Shown here: positions 1-9,912 of the stretch, piece by piece
How the letters are laid out: the number at the start of each line of letters is the position of its first letter
Numbering within the stretch: position 1 is the first letter of the stretch
From: Vairimorpha necatrix
Lineage: Eukaryota
DNA length: 64,000 nt
NCBI GenBank assembly: GCA_036630325.1
Contig: CP142726.1
Coordinates: 1,426,001-1,490,000, forward strand
Reading direction: 5' to 3'
Notes under the pieces: generated by a model
Seen by the model: only the letters and a program-made list of their open reading frames with translations
The model's database searches: none
Told to the model about the DNA's origin: nothing
Made by a program: the position numbers and the translations under genes

Positions 1-76
1 TTGTCATATGGGGAGTCTAAAATAAAGATTATTATTGCGTTTTGTAGTTCTTTTATTTCAACCCTCATATTTTCTA

Positions 77-148
77 AGCACGGTGGCGCAGTGGTAGCGC
101 GTTGGGCTCATAACCCGAAGGACGATGGTTCGAATCCATCCTGTGCTA
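77..148 (+). tRNA. tRNA-Met(CAT), probably initiator
   Basis: Cloverleaf: acceptor AGCACGG/CTGTGCT (A1:U72), anticodon stem TTGGG/CCCGA with three G:C pairs, CAT at 109-111, T-arm GATGG-TTCGAAT-CCATC, followed by a T-run. Confidence 0.93.
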
Positions 149-290
149 TTTTTGAAAAAAAATGGACTATATATCAAATTTGTCAACATATATTTTATGT
201 AAAAAAAATGGACTTACAACAACAGTCAAGTTAAGTTTTTTCCATATTTTTGATGTTAAAAAAATAAAAAAAAGGTTTATTTTGCTTTTG

Positions 291-2282
291 TTATATTTTA
301 TTCAATAAAAACTTAAAAATAATTCCGCATTTGAGAAATACAAATATACTTTTGTTATGTTGACAAACTTTTTTGACTAAACATTCAAATTTTTTCTCTT
401 TTACATATTCCCTCTCATTTATAGTGTCTAATATAAAAAGAATATTTCCTTTTTGTACAAATTTAAATAATGTCTCTAGTCCCCGTTTAGACTTGCATTT
501 TCTTAAGAATTTTACACTTCCATCATTCAGGCCAAAAAGGTATCCTGTGTTTGTTCGATGTAAAGAATAAATAATTGAGTCAACTAAACCTCTAGTCTTC
601 GCGAAAGTTTCACAAACTATTAATAATCTAGTCTTTTCGTACATATGATTAGTAATAACTATCTCGTCGTCTCTTTCTATATAAATTAAATTGTTAGTGT
701 AATAATTTTTCAATAATGACAATTTGTTATCTAGATTTTCATCAACTGAATAAATATTTCCATTTACTGTGCTAAAATATATAAAATTTCTTGATGTTTT
801 CTGTTTTATATCAGATAACATTTCGTCGCAATCAAGTTTCTGATTAGTATCATTGTGTAACGGAAACCCATCTCGAATCCTAGTTCTAATGCATAGCGAA
901 TTAATAACAGAATCGAAATATTCTGTTTTAGCAACCATTTTACCTTCTACAAGCTTATAAACCACTTGTCCGTCCGTACAAACAATTGTTTTATTGTCTA
1001 CAATCTCAAAATCGATAATATTACCACAATCTAGTGGCTTAAAATCGAAAAAATTATTTTTAAATTCCAATTTTCTAATAATACCATCACTAAAAAGAAC
1101 GTAGATAATTTCATGGTTTTTTTCATCTTCTAATAACACTTTTCGGGGATACCCGCAGTTAAATTCTATTTTTTCAATTAAATTAAAATTTTCATCGAGT
1201 ATGTAAATTTTTGAACTATTAGAATCAAATTTTCCGAAATAATCAAATTCAAAATTTTTTTTAGTACCAATAACAATCACAGGATTGGGATTAATCGTCA
1301 TAACTGCAAATGTAATGCACTCTTTTAAATTTAAATATTCGTAATTTGGAAATATTTTAGATTTTTCAATTTTATATTCACTGCCTTTATACCAAACATT
1401 TTCTATAATTCCTTCTATCGATGACATTTCGTCAATAGAATCGTACGCTAATTTAAATGTTTCCCATTTATATTCTTCAAGAAGCTTGTTATCTCGTAAA
1501 TCTGGCTCGGCCCTACATTGTGCTTTCGCTGGTGTTTTTGTTGATTGATTGAAGTCATTTTTGAATAAAATACTCCAAAAGAAATCTTTTTCATTTTCTA
1601 AAACGTGTGGAATCTTTTCGACTTTAAATGATGTATCGAAAAATCTTAATTCTATTAATAATTTTTCAAAATCAATTTTAAAATTTTTATTTGCATGATA
1701 TATTAGATTAGACATAGAATGTTTATGTGTATTAATATGTGCTCTATATAATAATTTGGAATCATATTCTTTATAACATCCCCATATCTGACATTTATAC
1801 ATGTTTTTATCTTGAATTAATAGACAATTTTCGGTTAATTTATTTTTTAAAATTCTACCTATTTCGGAGTCGGAATACAATAAATCAAATAAATTTACAG
1901 ATCTCAATAAAACATTGTCCGTTTTATTAAAAATTTCTCTCGGCTTATATTTTGCTTTAATATAATTTTCTATTGTTTGCGTACTATAAATATCTTTTGA
2001 TACTGCCAAAGTTTTTTTTACATTTTTTTTATGTACAGATTTGCAATGATCTTTTAAAATGGACAAGGAGATGTGATTATTCGAAACTGTAGAGAGTTTT
2101 CTGTTATCAATTAATAAATTACAGTTTTCAATTGGGCATTTTATTTCGTAAAGATTTTCCTCAAAATCGTGGTACACATTTGACAAATGATTTATTAAAA
2201 ACACAAATTTATAATAAAACGCCTTACATTTTACATACGGGCATTTGTATACTAGTATTTTTTCATCTATTGATTCTTCCAT
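291..2282 (-). CDS. C2H2-type zinc-finger protein with a probable beta-propeller-like C-terminal region
   Basis: Motifs CPYVKC..HLSNVYH, CPIENC..HCKSVH, CQIWGC..HINTH; beta-strand-rich C-terminus. Start moved to ATG 2282 (MEESIDEK), which is preceded by GCCCTT. Confidence 0.6.
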   Translation of the reverse strand: MEESIDEKILVYKCPYVKCKAFYYKFVFLINHLSNVYHDFEENLYEIKCPIENCNLLIDNRKLSTVSNNHISLSILKDHCKSVHKKNVKKTLAVSKDIYSTQTIENYIKAKYKPREIFNKTDNVLLRSVNLFDLLYSDSEIGRILKNKLTENCLLIQDKNMYKCQIWGCYKEYDSKLLYRAHINTHKHSMSNLIYHANKNFKIDFEKLLIELRFFDTSFKVEKIPHVLENEKDFFWSILFKNDFNQSTKTPAKAQCRAEPDLRDNKLLEEYKWETFKLAYDSIDEMSSIEGIIENVWYKGSEYKIEKSKIFPNYEYLNLKECITFAVMTINPNPVIVIGTKKNFEFDYFGKFDSNSSKIYILDENFNLIEKIEFNCGYPRKVLLEDEKNHEIIYVLFSDGIIRKLEFKNNFFDFKPLDCGNIIDFEIVDNKTIVCTDGQVVYKLVEGKMVAKTEYFDSVINSLCIRTRIRDGFPLHNDTNQKLDCDEMLSDIKQKTSRNFIYFSTVNGNIYSVDENLDNKLSLLKNYYTNNLIYIERDDEIVITNHMYEKTRLLIVCETFAKTRGLVDSIIYSLHRTNTGYLFGLNDGSVKFLRKCKSKRGLETLFKFVQKGNILFILDTINEREYVKEKKFECLVKKVCQHNKSIFVFLKCGIIFKFLLNKI

Positions 2283-2437
2283 AAGGGCAACAAAAAAAAA
2301 TAATAAAATGGGGATTGAACACTGACACGTTGGAGATAACATTTTTTCAAAATATTATAGTTTTAAATTTTTTTAATGTTAATAAATTAAAATCTTATTT
2401 TATTTTGTCCGTTATTAATTTACTCCTTATTAGCCCC

Positions 2438-3526
2438 ATGTTCCACGAAAGTGATCTATTAGAAACAGAAAGAATAAAATATTCTAGACAAGTCATAGTT
2501 CCGGGTGTTGGTATCGATAATCAGATAAAACTAAGAAATTCAAGCATATTAATCGTAGGCTGCGGCGGTCTTGGTTCTCCTTTGATTATGTACATGGCTT
2601 CATGTGGAATTGGAAAGATTGGTATTGTAGATCATGACAAGATCGAAATTCACAATTTACAGCGCCAAATTATTTACAAAGAAAGTGATGTGGGTCATTA
2701 CAAAGTTGACAAAGCCTACGAATTTATAAAAAATATTAACAGTAATATAGTATTAAAAAAATATAAATTAAAAATGGATTATAATTTTAAAGACATTAGA
2801 GAGTACGATATATTAATAGATTGCACTGACAATATAGATACGAGATATGTATTAAGTGATTTATCTAGAGAATATAACAAGGACTTTATATGTGCATCTG
2901 TAATCAGATGGGAAGGACATTTATATAATCTGAGAGCTAGTGGACCATGTTATAGATGTTTATATCCGAATATCAAGAAGACAACAGTAAGCTGCGACGA
3001 GAATGGGATTATTGGGCCGATATGTGGCATTTTTGGCAGTTTATTGGGATTAGAAGTTATAAAAACATGTTTAAAAAGTAGTGATACTAAGCTTATAACA
3101 TATAATGGCGTCAGTGATAAATATAACACATTTAAATTACGCAATAAAAATCCCGAATGTCCAGCTTGTAACGGAAAAAAGCAAGAACATAAAAAAAAAG
3201 AGGTTAAAAAAATTGACGACACGGATTTTAAACAGATCAAAAAAATACAATGGACAGATGTATTGGCTAATTTTGATAATTTTTTTATAATTGACGTGAG
3301 AAATACGATTCATTATAACATGTTAAGAATAAAAAACTCCATCAATATTCCATTTTTAGATTTAAAAAATAATTTGAATTTTGTTAATAGCGAAAAGACC
3401 GTACTTGTACTTTGTAAAAGAGGAATAACCTCATTAAAGGGCGCAAAAATCCTACAAGATGAAGGAATAGAGTGTTTTTCTATCGAAGGAGGAATAGATA
3501 AATATGAAAAATTATACATCAAATAA
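2438..3526 (+). CDS. UBA4: Uba4/MOCS3 adenylyltransferase-sulfurtransferase (ThiF + rhodanese)
   Basis: YSRQ, GCGGLG, NLQRQ, DCTDN, CYRC, CPAC and rhodanese LCKRG; start after CCCC at 2438. Confidence 0.92.
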   Translation: MFHESDLLETERIKYSRQVIVPGVGIDNQIKLRNSSILIVGCGGLGSPLIMYMASCGIGKIGIVDHDKIEIHNLQRQIIYKESDVGHYKVDKAYEFIKNINSNIVLKKYKLKMDYNFKDIREYDILIDCTDNIDTRYVLSDLSREYNKDFICASVIRWEGHLYNLRASGPCYRCLYPNIKKTTVSCDENGIIGPICGIFGSLLGLEVIKTCLKSSDTKLITYNGVSDKYNTFKLRNKNPECPACNGKKQEHKKKEVKKIDDTDFKQIKKIQWTDVLANFDNFFIIDVRNTIHYNMLRIKNSINIPFLDLKNNLNFVNSEKTVLVLCKRGITSLKGAKILQDEGIECFSIEGGIDKYEKLYIK

Positions 3527-3634
3527 AATTTTTTTCACTAAATGTGAACTAATTCGATGCACAACATTAAAAAAAACCATACAACATTTTTTCATTCATA
3601 CTTAATTATTAGTAAAATTTTTTTCTACCCTTTA

Positions 3635-4111
3635 ATGGCAATAGAGTTAAAAGATCTATTTTCTAATAATTTCTTTAATGACAGAAAAATTTTAATAGAT
3701 GAAAAGAATACTGTAAATGTCGATTTTCTAATTAGAGATCTCTCTTGCTTACTAAACAATCCTTCAATATTTCTTTATAATGAGTTACCAGAAAATAAAT
3801 CATTTTACGGTATAAATATAAAAAGTGAATATAAAGGAGATATTTACAGCAATGAAACGTTTTTAGATCACACATTTATAGCTAAAAATCTATTTAATGT
3901 TACACCCAATTCACAATTCAGTATTTATAGAGACAATACTTGTACAAAATACGACTGGTATAATTATGATTTTATTTTTTTAGTTGAACCACTTGCAAGT
4001 GGGTTATGTGTTAAATTTGATGGTATGATAACAATAAAAAACAGACACAAAGAATTTATTAAATTAAAATACAAGAGTTACACATCAAAAACAGAATATT
4101 TTGAGTTCTAA
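3635..4111 (+). CDS. Probable reduced Elongator subunit Elp6-like protein
   Basis: C-terminal VEPLASGLCVKFDGMITI...KYK resembles the Elp6 'PL(S/P)TG..kdv.G.l.i...yK' signature; start after CCC at 3635. Confidence 0.5.
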   Translation: MAIELKDLFSNNFFNDRKILIDEKNTVNVDFLIRDLSCLLNNPSIFLYNELPENKSFYGINIKSEYKGDIYSNETFLDHTFIAKNLFNVTPNSQFSIYRDNTCTKYDWYNYDFIFLVEPLASGLCVKFDGMITIKNRHKEFIKLKYKSYTSKTEYFEF

Positions 4112-4121
4112 ATAAAAAATT

Positions 4122-4358
4122 TTAATTATTTTTACAAAAATTGTACGCGTCTTCGGCGAGTTTAAATCTTTGTGAAAAGCTGTTATAACTTTTTTGTAAA
4201 TTTTTCATATCTTCTGATTTTATATTGACGGTCAAATAACCATCTTCTGTGGTATATTTTATAGAACTTGTAGTGTTTTCAATATCATCTTGTTGGATAC
4301 TTTTACATATTATTGATGGATTTTCGCAAGGATATTTTACAAATATTTCGTATTTCAT
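4122..4358 (-). CDS. PCC1: KEOPS complex subunit Pcc1/LAGE3
   Basis: 78 aa; IICKSIQQD...LTVNIKSEDMKNLQKSYNSF matches the Pcc1 pattern; CCCTTGAAATG start context. Confidence 0.75.
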   Translation of the reverse strand: MKYEIFVKYPCENPSIICKSIQQDDIENTTSSIKYTTEDGYLTVNIKSEDMKNLQKSYNSFSQRFKLAEDAYNFCKNN

Positions 4359-4623
4359 TTCAAGGGCAAAAATCGTTATAAAAAACTTTATTTTATGACA
4401 AGTACTGGTATTAAATCAAAATTATGACATACCTAAATTTTAATATTTAAATTTCAAAAAAAACAACATTATTTTTCAAAACTAACTAATTTTTATAACA
4501 ATATATAAGTTGAGAAAAATTAGAGATAGGTTTAAAATTCATATAATTTTTATTGTATATCTTATTTTTAATAATCATTGATACATTTAATATATTATTT
4601 TTAATATATTTGATCCCCTTTTA

Positions 4624-5277
4624 ATGGTCTATAAAATCGCTATTGATGGCCCAGCTGGGAGTGGTAAAAGTACTGTAACCCAGTTGCTAAGAAAGAAAAT
4701 GGGATATAAAACCATAAACTCTGGTAATATTTATAGAGCTATTACTTATATATTAAATAAGAAATTCGGCGAAGTAGATTTGACTGGTGAAATAGTTATT
4801 AATTTTATAAATAATTTAAAAATAAAAATGGTAAAAGATGATCTTTACTACGACGGAGTAAACATCTCTCCATTTTTAAGAACTAAAAAGATCGATGATC
4901 TTGTTTCTGAAGTAGCCAAACCACTTTACATTCGTAAGAAGGCGGGATTATTACAATTAGAATTTATAGAAGATTCCGAAAGCGGGTTAATTATTGAGGG
5001 TCGAGACATAGGGACAAATGTCTTACCAGACGCCACTTTAAAAATATATTTGGACGCAGATGCGAAAGTGCGCGCAAAAAGAAGATTTAATGAAAGGCCC
5101 GAGGTGTCATATCAAAAAACTTTAGACGATATTTTGGCCAGAGATTTGAGTGATAAAACGAGGGAACACGGTAGACTGATCATAGCCGATGATGCCGTCG
5201 TGATTTGTACGGATAATATGACAGTAGAAGAGGTAGTAGAAAATATTTATAAAATTTTTAACGAAAAAATAAAATAA
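4624..5277 (+). CDS. cmk: Cytidylate kinase (bacterial-type Cmk)
   Basis: IAIDGPAGSGKST, SGNIYRA, EGRDIGT.VLPDA.LKIYL, RD..D..R motifs. Confidence 0.93.
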   Translation: MVYKIAIDGPAGSGKSTVTQLLRKKMGYKTINSGNIYRAITYILNKKFGEVDLTGEIVINFINNLKIKMVKDDLYYDGVNISPFLRTKKIDDLVSEVAKPLYIRKKAGLLQLEFIEDSESGLIIEGRDIGTNVLPDATLKIYLDADAKVRAKRRFNERPEVSYQKTLDDILARDLSDKTREHGRLIIADDAVVICTDNMTVEEVVENIYKIFNEKIK

Positions 5278-5353
5278 TTTTTACTTATAGAAATTCACAT
5301 ATAACAATCTAATATGATTTTTAAATAAAAATAAATTTTTTTGATAAATTCAT

Positions 5354-5911
5354 TTAATTTCCTACGTGCTTCCTCTCAAACATCTTTATGGTGTTTTTAT
5401 GAAGATAATACATTATAGCAAGACTAGTAAATATTTCAAATATCACAAATCTATACACCCAAGATTTGGATTTTTTTACTAATTCAAAATGATTTTCATA
5501 TTTAGCAAATTGTCTTCTCTGAGCAGAAATATTATTTTCTAATACACTTATAAGTTCGGAGACTGCGTCGACATCTTTAATTGGGCCTAAAGCTCCTTGC
5601 ATTTCTTTGTTAACATCTGGACATCTGTAGCCAAATTTCATTTTTTCTTTTGACTTATTAAAAATTTCGATTTTGAAATGTCCAGAAATCAATGGCTTTG
5701 TATAAACAACCCCACTGGATTTTACATATTGTCCTATCTTTCTGTCCATATTATCGTATACGACAACATTTACTTTATTATTACCAAATGTATTATAGAT
5801 AAACTTAAACATTTCATCTTTTGTCACTTTCAATTTCATGAAAAGACTATCTTTAGGATTTATTTCGACGTAACGACAAAGAGAAAAAATAAAGAAAAAC
5901 AGAATGTTCAT
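5354..5911 (-). CDS. p24/emp24/gp25L (GOLD-domain) cargo receptor
   Basis: Signal peptide, GOLD-like beta region, coiled coil, C-terminal TM and short KMFERK tail. Confidence 0.75.
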   Translation of the reverse strand: MNILFFFIFSLCRYVEINPKDSLFMKLKVTKDEMFKFIYNTFGNNKVNVVVYDNMDRKIGQYVKSSGVVYTKPLISGHFKIEIFNKSKEKMKFGYRCPDVNKEMQGALGPIKDVDAVSELISVLENNISAQRRQFAKYENHFELVKKSKSWVYRFVIFEIFTSLAIMYYLHKNTIKMFERKHVGN

Positions 5912-5972
5912 TGGGGGTCAAATTTTGGAAATTTTTAAAGGCAAAAAGATCTTTTCTGAAGATCCAAAAATT

Positions 5973-6076
5973 TGCTCCCGATGGGGATCGAACCCACGAC
6001 CTTGGCATATCTTAGCCAATCAGTACAGCTTTTCAGCATATAAGTACCACGCTCTCAACCGCTGAGCTACGGGAGC
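5973..6076 (-). tRNA. tRNA-Ile(TAT) with a 30-nt intron (6009-6038)
   Basis: Minus strand reads GCTCCCG..TGGTA-CT-TAT-A[intron]A-TGCCA..GTGGG-TTCGATC-CCCAT-CGGGAGC-A; intron at the canonical 37/38 position. Confidence 0.93.
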
Positions 6077-6150
6077 TGTAAAACAAAATGTAAACTTATA
6101 AGTAAGACAGAAGAAATAAATTATATTTTAAGATCTTATTTTAAAGCCCT

Positions 6151-6285
6151 ATGAAATTAGAACAAGAAAATGAAGAGATAAAACGTGAGCTTATGGAATA
6201 TAACAAACTGATTGAGGAATATAAAATTAATTTAAAGAAATCTCTTGAGCTAATAAAAAAATATAAAGAAAAATTTAAAAGCTAA
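6151..6285 (+). CDS. Small 44-aa coiled-coil protein (below the ORF-track cutoff)
   Basis: GCCCT-ATG context; MKLEQENEEIKRELMEYNKLIEEYKINLKKSLELIKKYKEKFKS* with a heptad pattern. Confidence 0.55.
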   Translation: MKLEQENEEIKRELMEYNKLIEEYKINLKKSLELIKKYKEKFKS

Positions 6286-6872
6286 AATGATTTGTTATTA
6301 TTTACTACAATTAGTAGTCATTATAAATGGACTAAAGCTACAAGATATAATTGCTTGAGAAAAGTCTTTAAGTTTAAACAATTTATGAATATATTTAATT
6401 ACATGAAGACTTAACAATTACTACTTAACAAGTAAATATTTGGCGACTGATCTTTTTTTTCCTTTTTGACAAAACTATAAGCTTCAGATTTATTGTTAAA
6501 GGTCTTTCATCTTTTTTTAAAAAATGCAGAAAAAAATTATATCATTTAAAACATTTATCTTGGCGTCAGGCCGCAAAAATAATTAAAATATAATACGAGA
6601 AAAAAAAGTTTATACGATACCACCGCGTTAGTTGTTGCACACGTCATATCAAATCAATTGCATTTATAAATAAATCCACCTTTTTTAAATAACATCAAAA
6701 ATTAATTTTGTATAAATTAAAGTGACGTTTTATTATTTTTCCAAACAAAGTTTAATCGTAAACAAACAAAAAAATTATACGTCGAAATACTTTAAGTATC
6801 ACCACATTCTTAACTTAGAATTTTTTAAGTTTTACTTAAGGTTATTTAAAAGAAAAAAATCTTTTTTTTTTT

Positions 6873-7601
6873 ATGGATTACAAAATTAATGAATTTTATC
6901 ACGAAATTACAAGGACATGTTTACGACTTTCAATATCATTTGCTCACTTCATTTTATTTTATCTCATCCGTGAAGGCGATAAATTAAACATTTATCCAGA
7001 ATTAGAGACGACTATAGTCTGTAATATTGTTTTTAACATGTGCCATCCAGTCATTAAAAAAGATGTACAAGTAAAAATATCGAGTATAATATTCTTAATA
7101 CTTTTTTTATTTGTTCCTATTTTACACACCTTAACTAAGGAAATATGTACTGACACAATTTTTTTCTGGCATATTGTCTGTCAAATTTTTTATATTGGAA
7201 ATTCAATCGTCTATTCGATTTACAATAAAAAACCAGTAACAAGGATTTATAATGAAAACGAGACATTAAAATTAGAAGAAAGCATTAATATTCCTAAACC
7301 ATACCGTCCGAGTATGGCAGTGGGCAATGTGTCTGTTACTATAAGTTTAATATTGTTGGTATCTAGATTTAACAATATATCATCGGTTTTTTGTTTTCTC
7401 TGTATTTCTTTAATCTATTTTATTGGATTGCCAATTTATCAAGAAAATTGTAAAATGCACAAAAACTTTTTAAAATTTTTTCTTTGGGTTGGCGCCATAG
7501 GCAATCTTGTTTATTTGGTTGACAAAATATTGTTTTTTATTTATTTGGGACTAATATTGTATCTTTATGGTATAACATACTTAATAAAATGTATAATATG
7601 A
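6873..7601 (+). CDS. GPI2: GPI-GlcNAc transferase subunit PIG-C/Gpi2
   Basis: Multi-TM; PILHTLTKEICTDTI and LLVSRF match the PIG-C 'P.LkTLT.sIStDTI' and 'LaSRL' motifs. Confidence 0.8.
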   Translation: MDYKINEFYHEITRTCLRLSISFAHFILFYLIREGDKLNIYPELETTIVCNIVFNMCHPVIKKDVQVKISSIIFLILFLFVPILHTLTKEICTDTIFFWHIVCQIFYIGNSIVYSIYNKKPVTRIYNENETLKLEESINIPKPYRPSMAVGNVSVTISLILLVSRFNNISSVFCFLCISLIYFIGLPIYQENCKMHKNFLKFFLWVGAIGNLVYLVDKILFFIYLGLILYLYGITYLIKCII

Positions 7602-7677
7602 CGTAAATTTATATTTTATATTAAATTTTTGCACTTAGTTTCATTTTAACTCATATATTTAATTTATCTAAAAATTT

Positions 7678-8616
7678 TTATTTTTTTAATATTTTGACAA
7701 ATGAGCATCCTTTACATATTTTATCAGATGAAGATGTAGGATGAGAACATTTAATACAAGAAAATACTTCAGTATTGATTGTATTATTTTGATTAAAAAG
7801 ATTGTCCCCACTTTTGATAATATTAAATATAACTGTAGAATCTATTTTCTCTATCTCTTTAACAAAATTTCGAACGAATCCTCGTGAAGCTTCCGGGGCG
7901 TAGCTGCACTCAGTCGAAAAATATTTTAATTTTTTATGAAATGCGTATAAAACTATCTCTTTTTGATACGTGTATTTAAATGGCTTTGCTCTAGGTAAAG
8001 ATAAAATAAATCCATCGTCAGTTACATGCTTGCTTGACACTGGCGATGTGCATCTCTGCAGTCTATTAAAATCGCCTCGTACCAAATTAAGCAAGACTGT
8101 CTCCGCCATATCATCCGCATTGTGTCCAGTGACAATATAATCAACATTCAAATTTCTCGCTGCCTCTTCAAGCGCTTGCCTTCTAAATACACCACAGTAA
8201 GTGCAATTATTTCTCTTGCCAACTTTTTTAACTACTTCGTCCATGTTTAGCCCGAACATGTTATCAAAAGATACAATTTTTAAATTTAGATCTAAATCTC
8301 TACTATTTTCATGTACTGTGTCAATTGAATAATCTCTATAGCCTTTAATTCCTTCGTCGACACATAATAATACAAGTTTGAGGTTATACTGATATTTTTT
8401 ATTAAGCTTATCTAATACATAAGCTAATACTGTGCTATCTTTTCCTCCACTAATACCGATACCAACTGTAGACCCTTCTATAAACATAGAAGAGTTAATA
8501 ATTGTATTATGAATGTCATCTTCGAAAAGAGTATAAAAACATTCTTTACAGACTTTCGATCTATCTTTTGATCTTAAAATAATAGCTTTTTGAGTTGTGC
8601 AATTATCACAAGACAT
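7678..8616 (-). CDS. NCS6: Cytoplasmic tRNA 2-thiolation protein 1 (Ncs6/Ctu1)
   Basis: SGGKDS PP-loop, DEGIKGYRD, CTYCGVFRR, TGHNADD, YFSTEC.Y, terminal CxxC pairs. Confidence 0.95.
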   Translation of the reverse strand: MSCDNCTTQKAIILRSKDRSKVCKECFYTLFEDDIHNTIINSSMFIEGSTVGIGISGGKDSTVLAYVLDKLNKKYQYNLKLVLLCVDEGIKGYRDYSIDTVHENSRDLDLNLKIVSFDNMFGLNMDEVVKKVGKRNNCTYCGVFRRQALEEAARNLNVDYIVTGHNADDMAETVLLNLVRGDFNRLQRCTSPVSSKHVTDDGFILSLPRAKPFKYTYQKEIVLYAFHKKLKYFSTECSYAPEASRGFVRNFVKEIEKIDSTVIFNIIKSGDNLFNQNNTINTEVFSCIKCSHPTSSSDKICKGCSFVKILKK

Positions 8617-8731
8617 AAAAGGGAGAATTTTTTAATATGAAAAAAGAAAAAATTTTCAAAAATTATTTTTTCATTTAAAAATATTCTTTGTCGTTTAAAA
8701 AAAATTTATAGTGACTTTCGATTATTTTTAT

Positions 8732-9706
8732 TTAAAAAATTACGTTTCTCATTTTTTTCATCTGTAAACTGTCGCCCTCGTCTCCATAGAAAATTACATT
8801 GGATTCGTGTAGTTTTATAGAAAACAAAGTAGATTTTATATTTTCCGTATTTTTAATTTCAAAATCTTTTGAATCTAATACCCAAATTTCTCCTTTTTTT
8901 GAACACATTCCAATTTTATCGTTTAGAAAATGTAGTCCTGTTAGTGGTTCTTCACTGTATTTATGTTCAAAAAATGGTTTACAAGTATTTCTAGAGTCAT
9001 AAGTATAAAAACTTCCGGATGAAGTCGTCAAATATAAAAAATTTTCATGACCGACCATATTTTCTAAATTTCCATCAATAAAAAAATTTGTTCCTGTTGA
9101 TAAATTTGCAATTGTGTTTTTTTCTCCGTAAAAAATCATGTTTCCTGCATTTGCAATTTTTTCGACGTTCAAGTTCGTTGTAAAACTTTCTTTTATTCTC
9201 AAAGTTTCCAAATCCCATTCTAAAATTTTTTTATCATCGCTTCCAGAATATAAAGCATTATTAAAAAATTTTACTGCCAGTACGGAGTCATCATGACCTT
9301 TTAACAATAGTTGGGGCGTCAATGGATTGAATACGAGACTATCGTACAACATAATGTCTTTTTCGCAAGTAGCCAAAGCTATATAGTGTTTGTTATTTTT
9401 ATAAATATATTCTGAATCATTTATTGACGAGAACAAAAAAATGTCGTGGTTAATAATAAAGTCATCATGTTCCTTGTCGTAGATATGAAATTGTAAAAAA
9501 CTTTCCTCTAAATTATTAGAAGTAGAAAAAAGGACCAAATCGCTTTCACATATAAAAGTATCATTATTTTCCAGTTCCATAATTGGTTCATCAAGAAATG
9601 GGATTTCTAGATGAGAAAGTTGTTGAATTATTTCTTCATTTTTTTCATATTTATTTAACTTGTCAATTGAAATTTGGGCGGGAATATGATTTATCGTATT
9701 AATCAT
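8732..9706 (-). CDS. PWP1: WD40 protein, Pwp1-like
   Basis: SDLVLF..ESFLQFHIYD...INHDIFL resembles the Pwp1 N-terminal block; GHDDSVLAV..SGSDDKKILEWD WD repeat. Confidence 0.7.
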   Translation of the reverse strand: MINTINHIPAQISIDKLNKYEKNEEIIQQLSHLEIPFLDEPIMELENNDTFICESDLVLFSTSNNLEESFLQFHIYDKEHDDFIINHDIFLFSSINDSEYIYKNNKHYIALATCEKDIMLYDSLVFNPLTPQLLLKGHDDSVLAVKFFNNALYSGSDDKKILEWDLETLRIKESFTTNLNVEKIANAGNMIFYGEKNTIANLSTGTNFFIDGNLENMVGHENFLYLTTSSGSFYTYDSRNTCKPFFEHKYSEEPLTGLHFLNDKIGMCSKKGEIWVLDSKDFEIKNTENIKSTLFSIKLHESNVIFYGDEGDSLQMKKMRNVIF

Positions 9707-9750
9707 TTGGGTATAAAATATTAAAAAAAGATAATTAAAATTTCAAAAGA

Positions 9751-9912
9751 CCGTTATTAATTTATTAAAATAAAATTGTAATCCCATGTGACAAAATTTG
9801 AAAGACGAAATCATAGAAAATATTTAAAAAAGCCGTTATTAATTTAGAAATGAAAAATTCTAATCCCATGTGGCAAAATATGAAAGACGAAATCATAGAA
9901 AATATTAAAAAG
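9751..9912 (+). repeat. Degenerate tandem duplication (82-bp period) of a gene start region
   Basis: CCGTTATTAATTTA...ATCCCATGTG.CAAAAT.TGAAAGACGAAATCATAGAAAATATT occurs at 9751 and 9833. Confidence 0.85.

Noticed and set aside
1-234. 77-aa ORF
   Set aside because: Overlaps the tRNA-Met gene; spurious translation.
2283-2437. Apparent overlap or N-terminal extensions of ORFs using TTG/GTG or distal starts
   Set aside because: Eukaryotic genome; the true ATGs follow CCC motifs downstream, which removes the overlap. The same correction was applied to several other ORFs.
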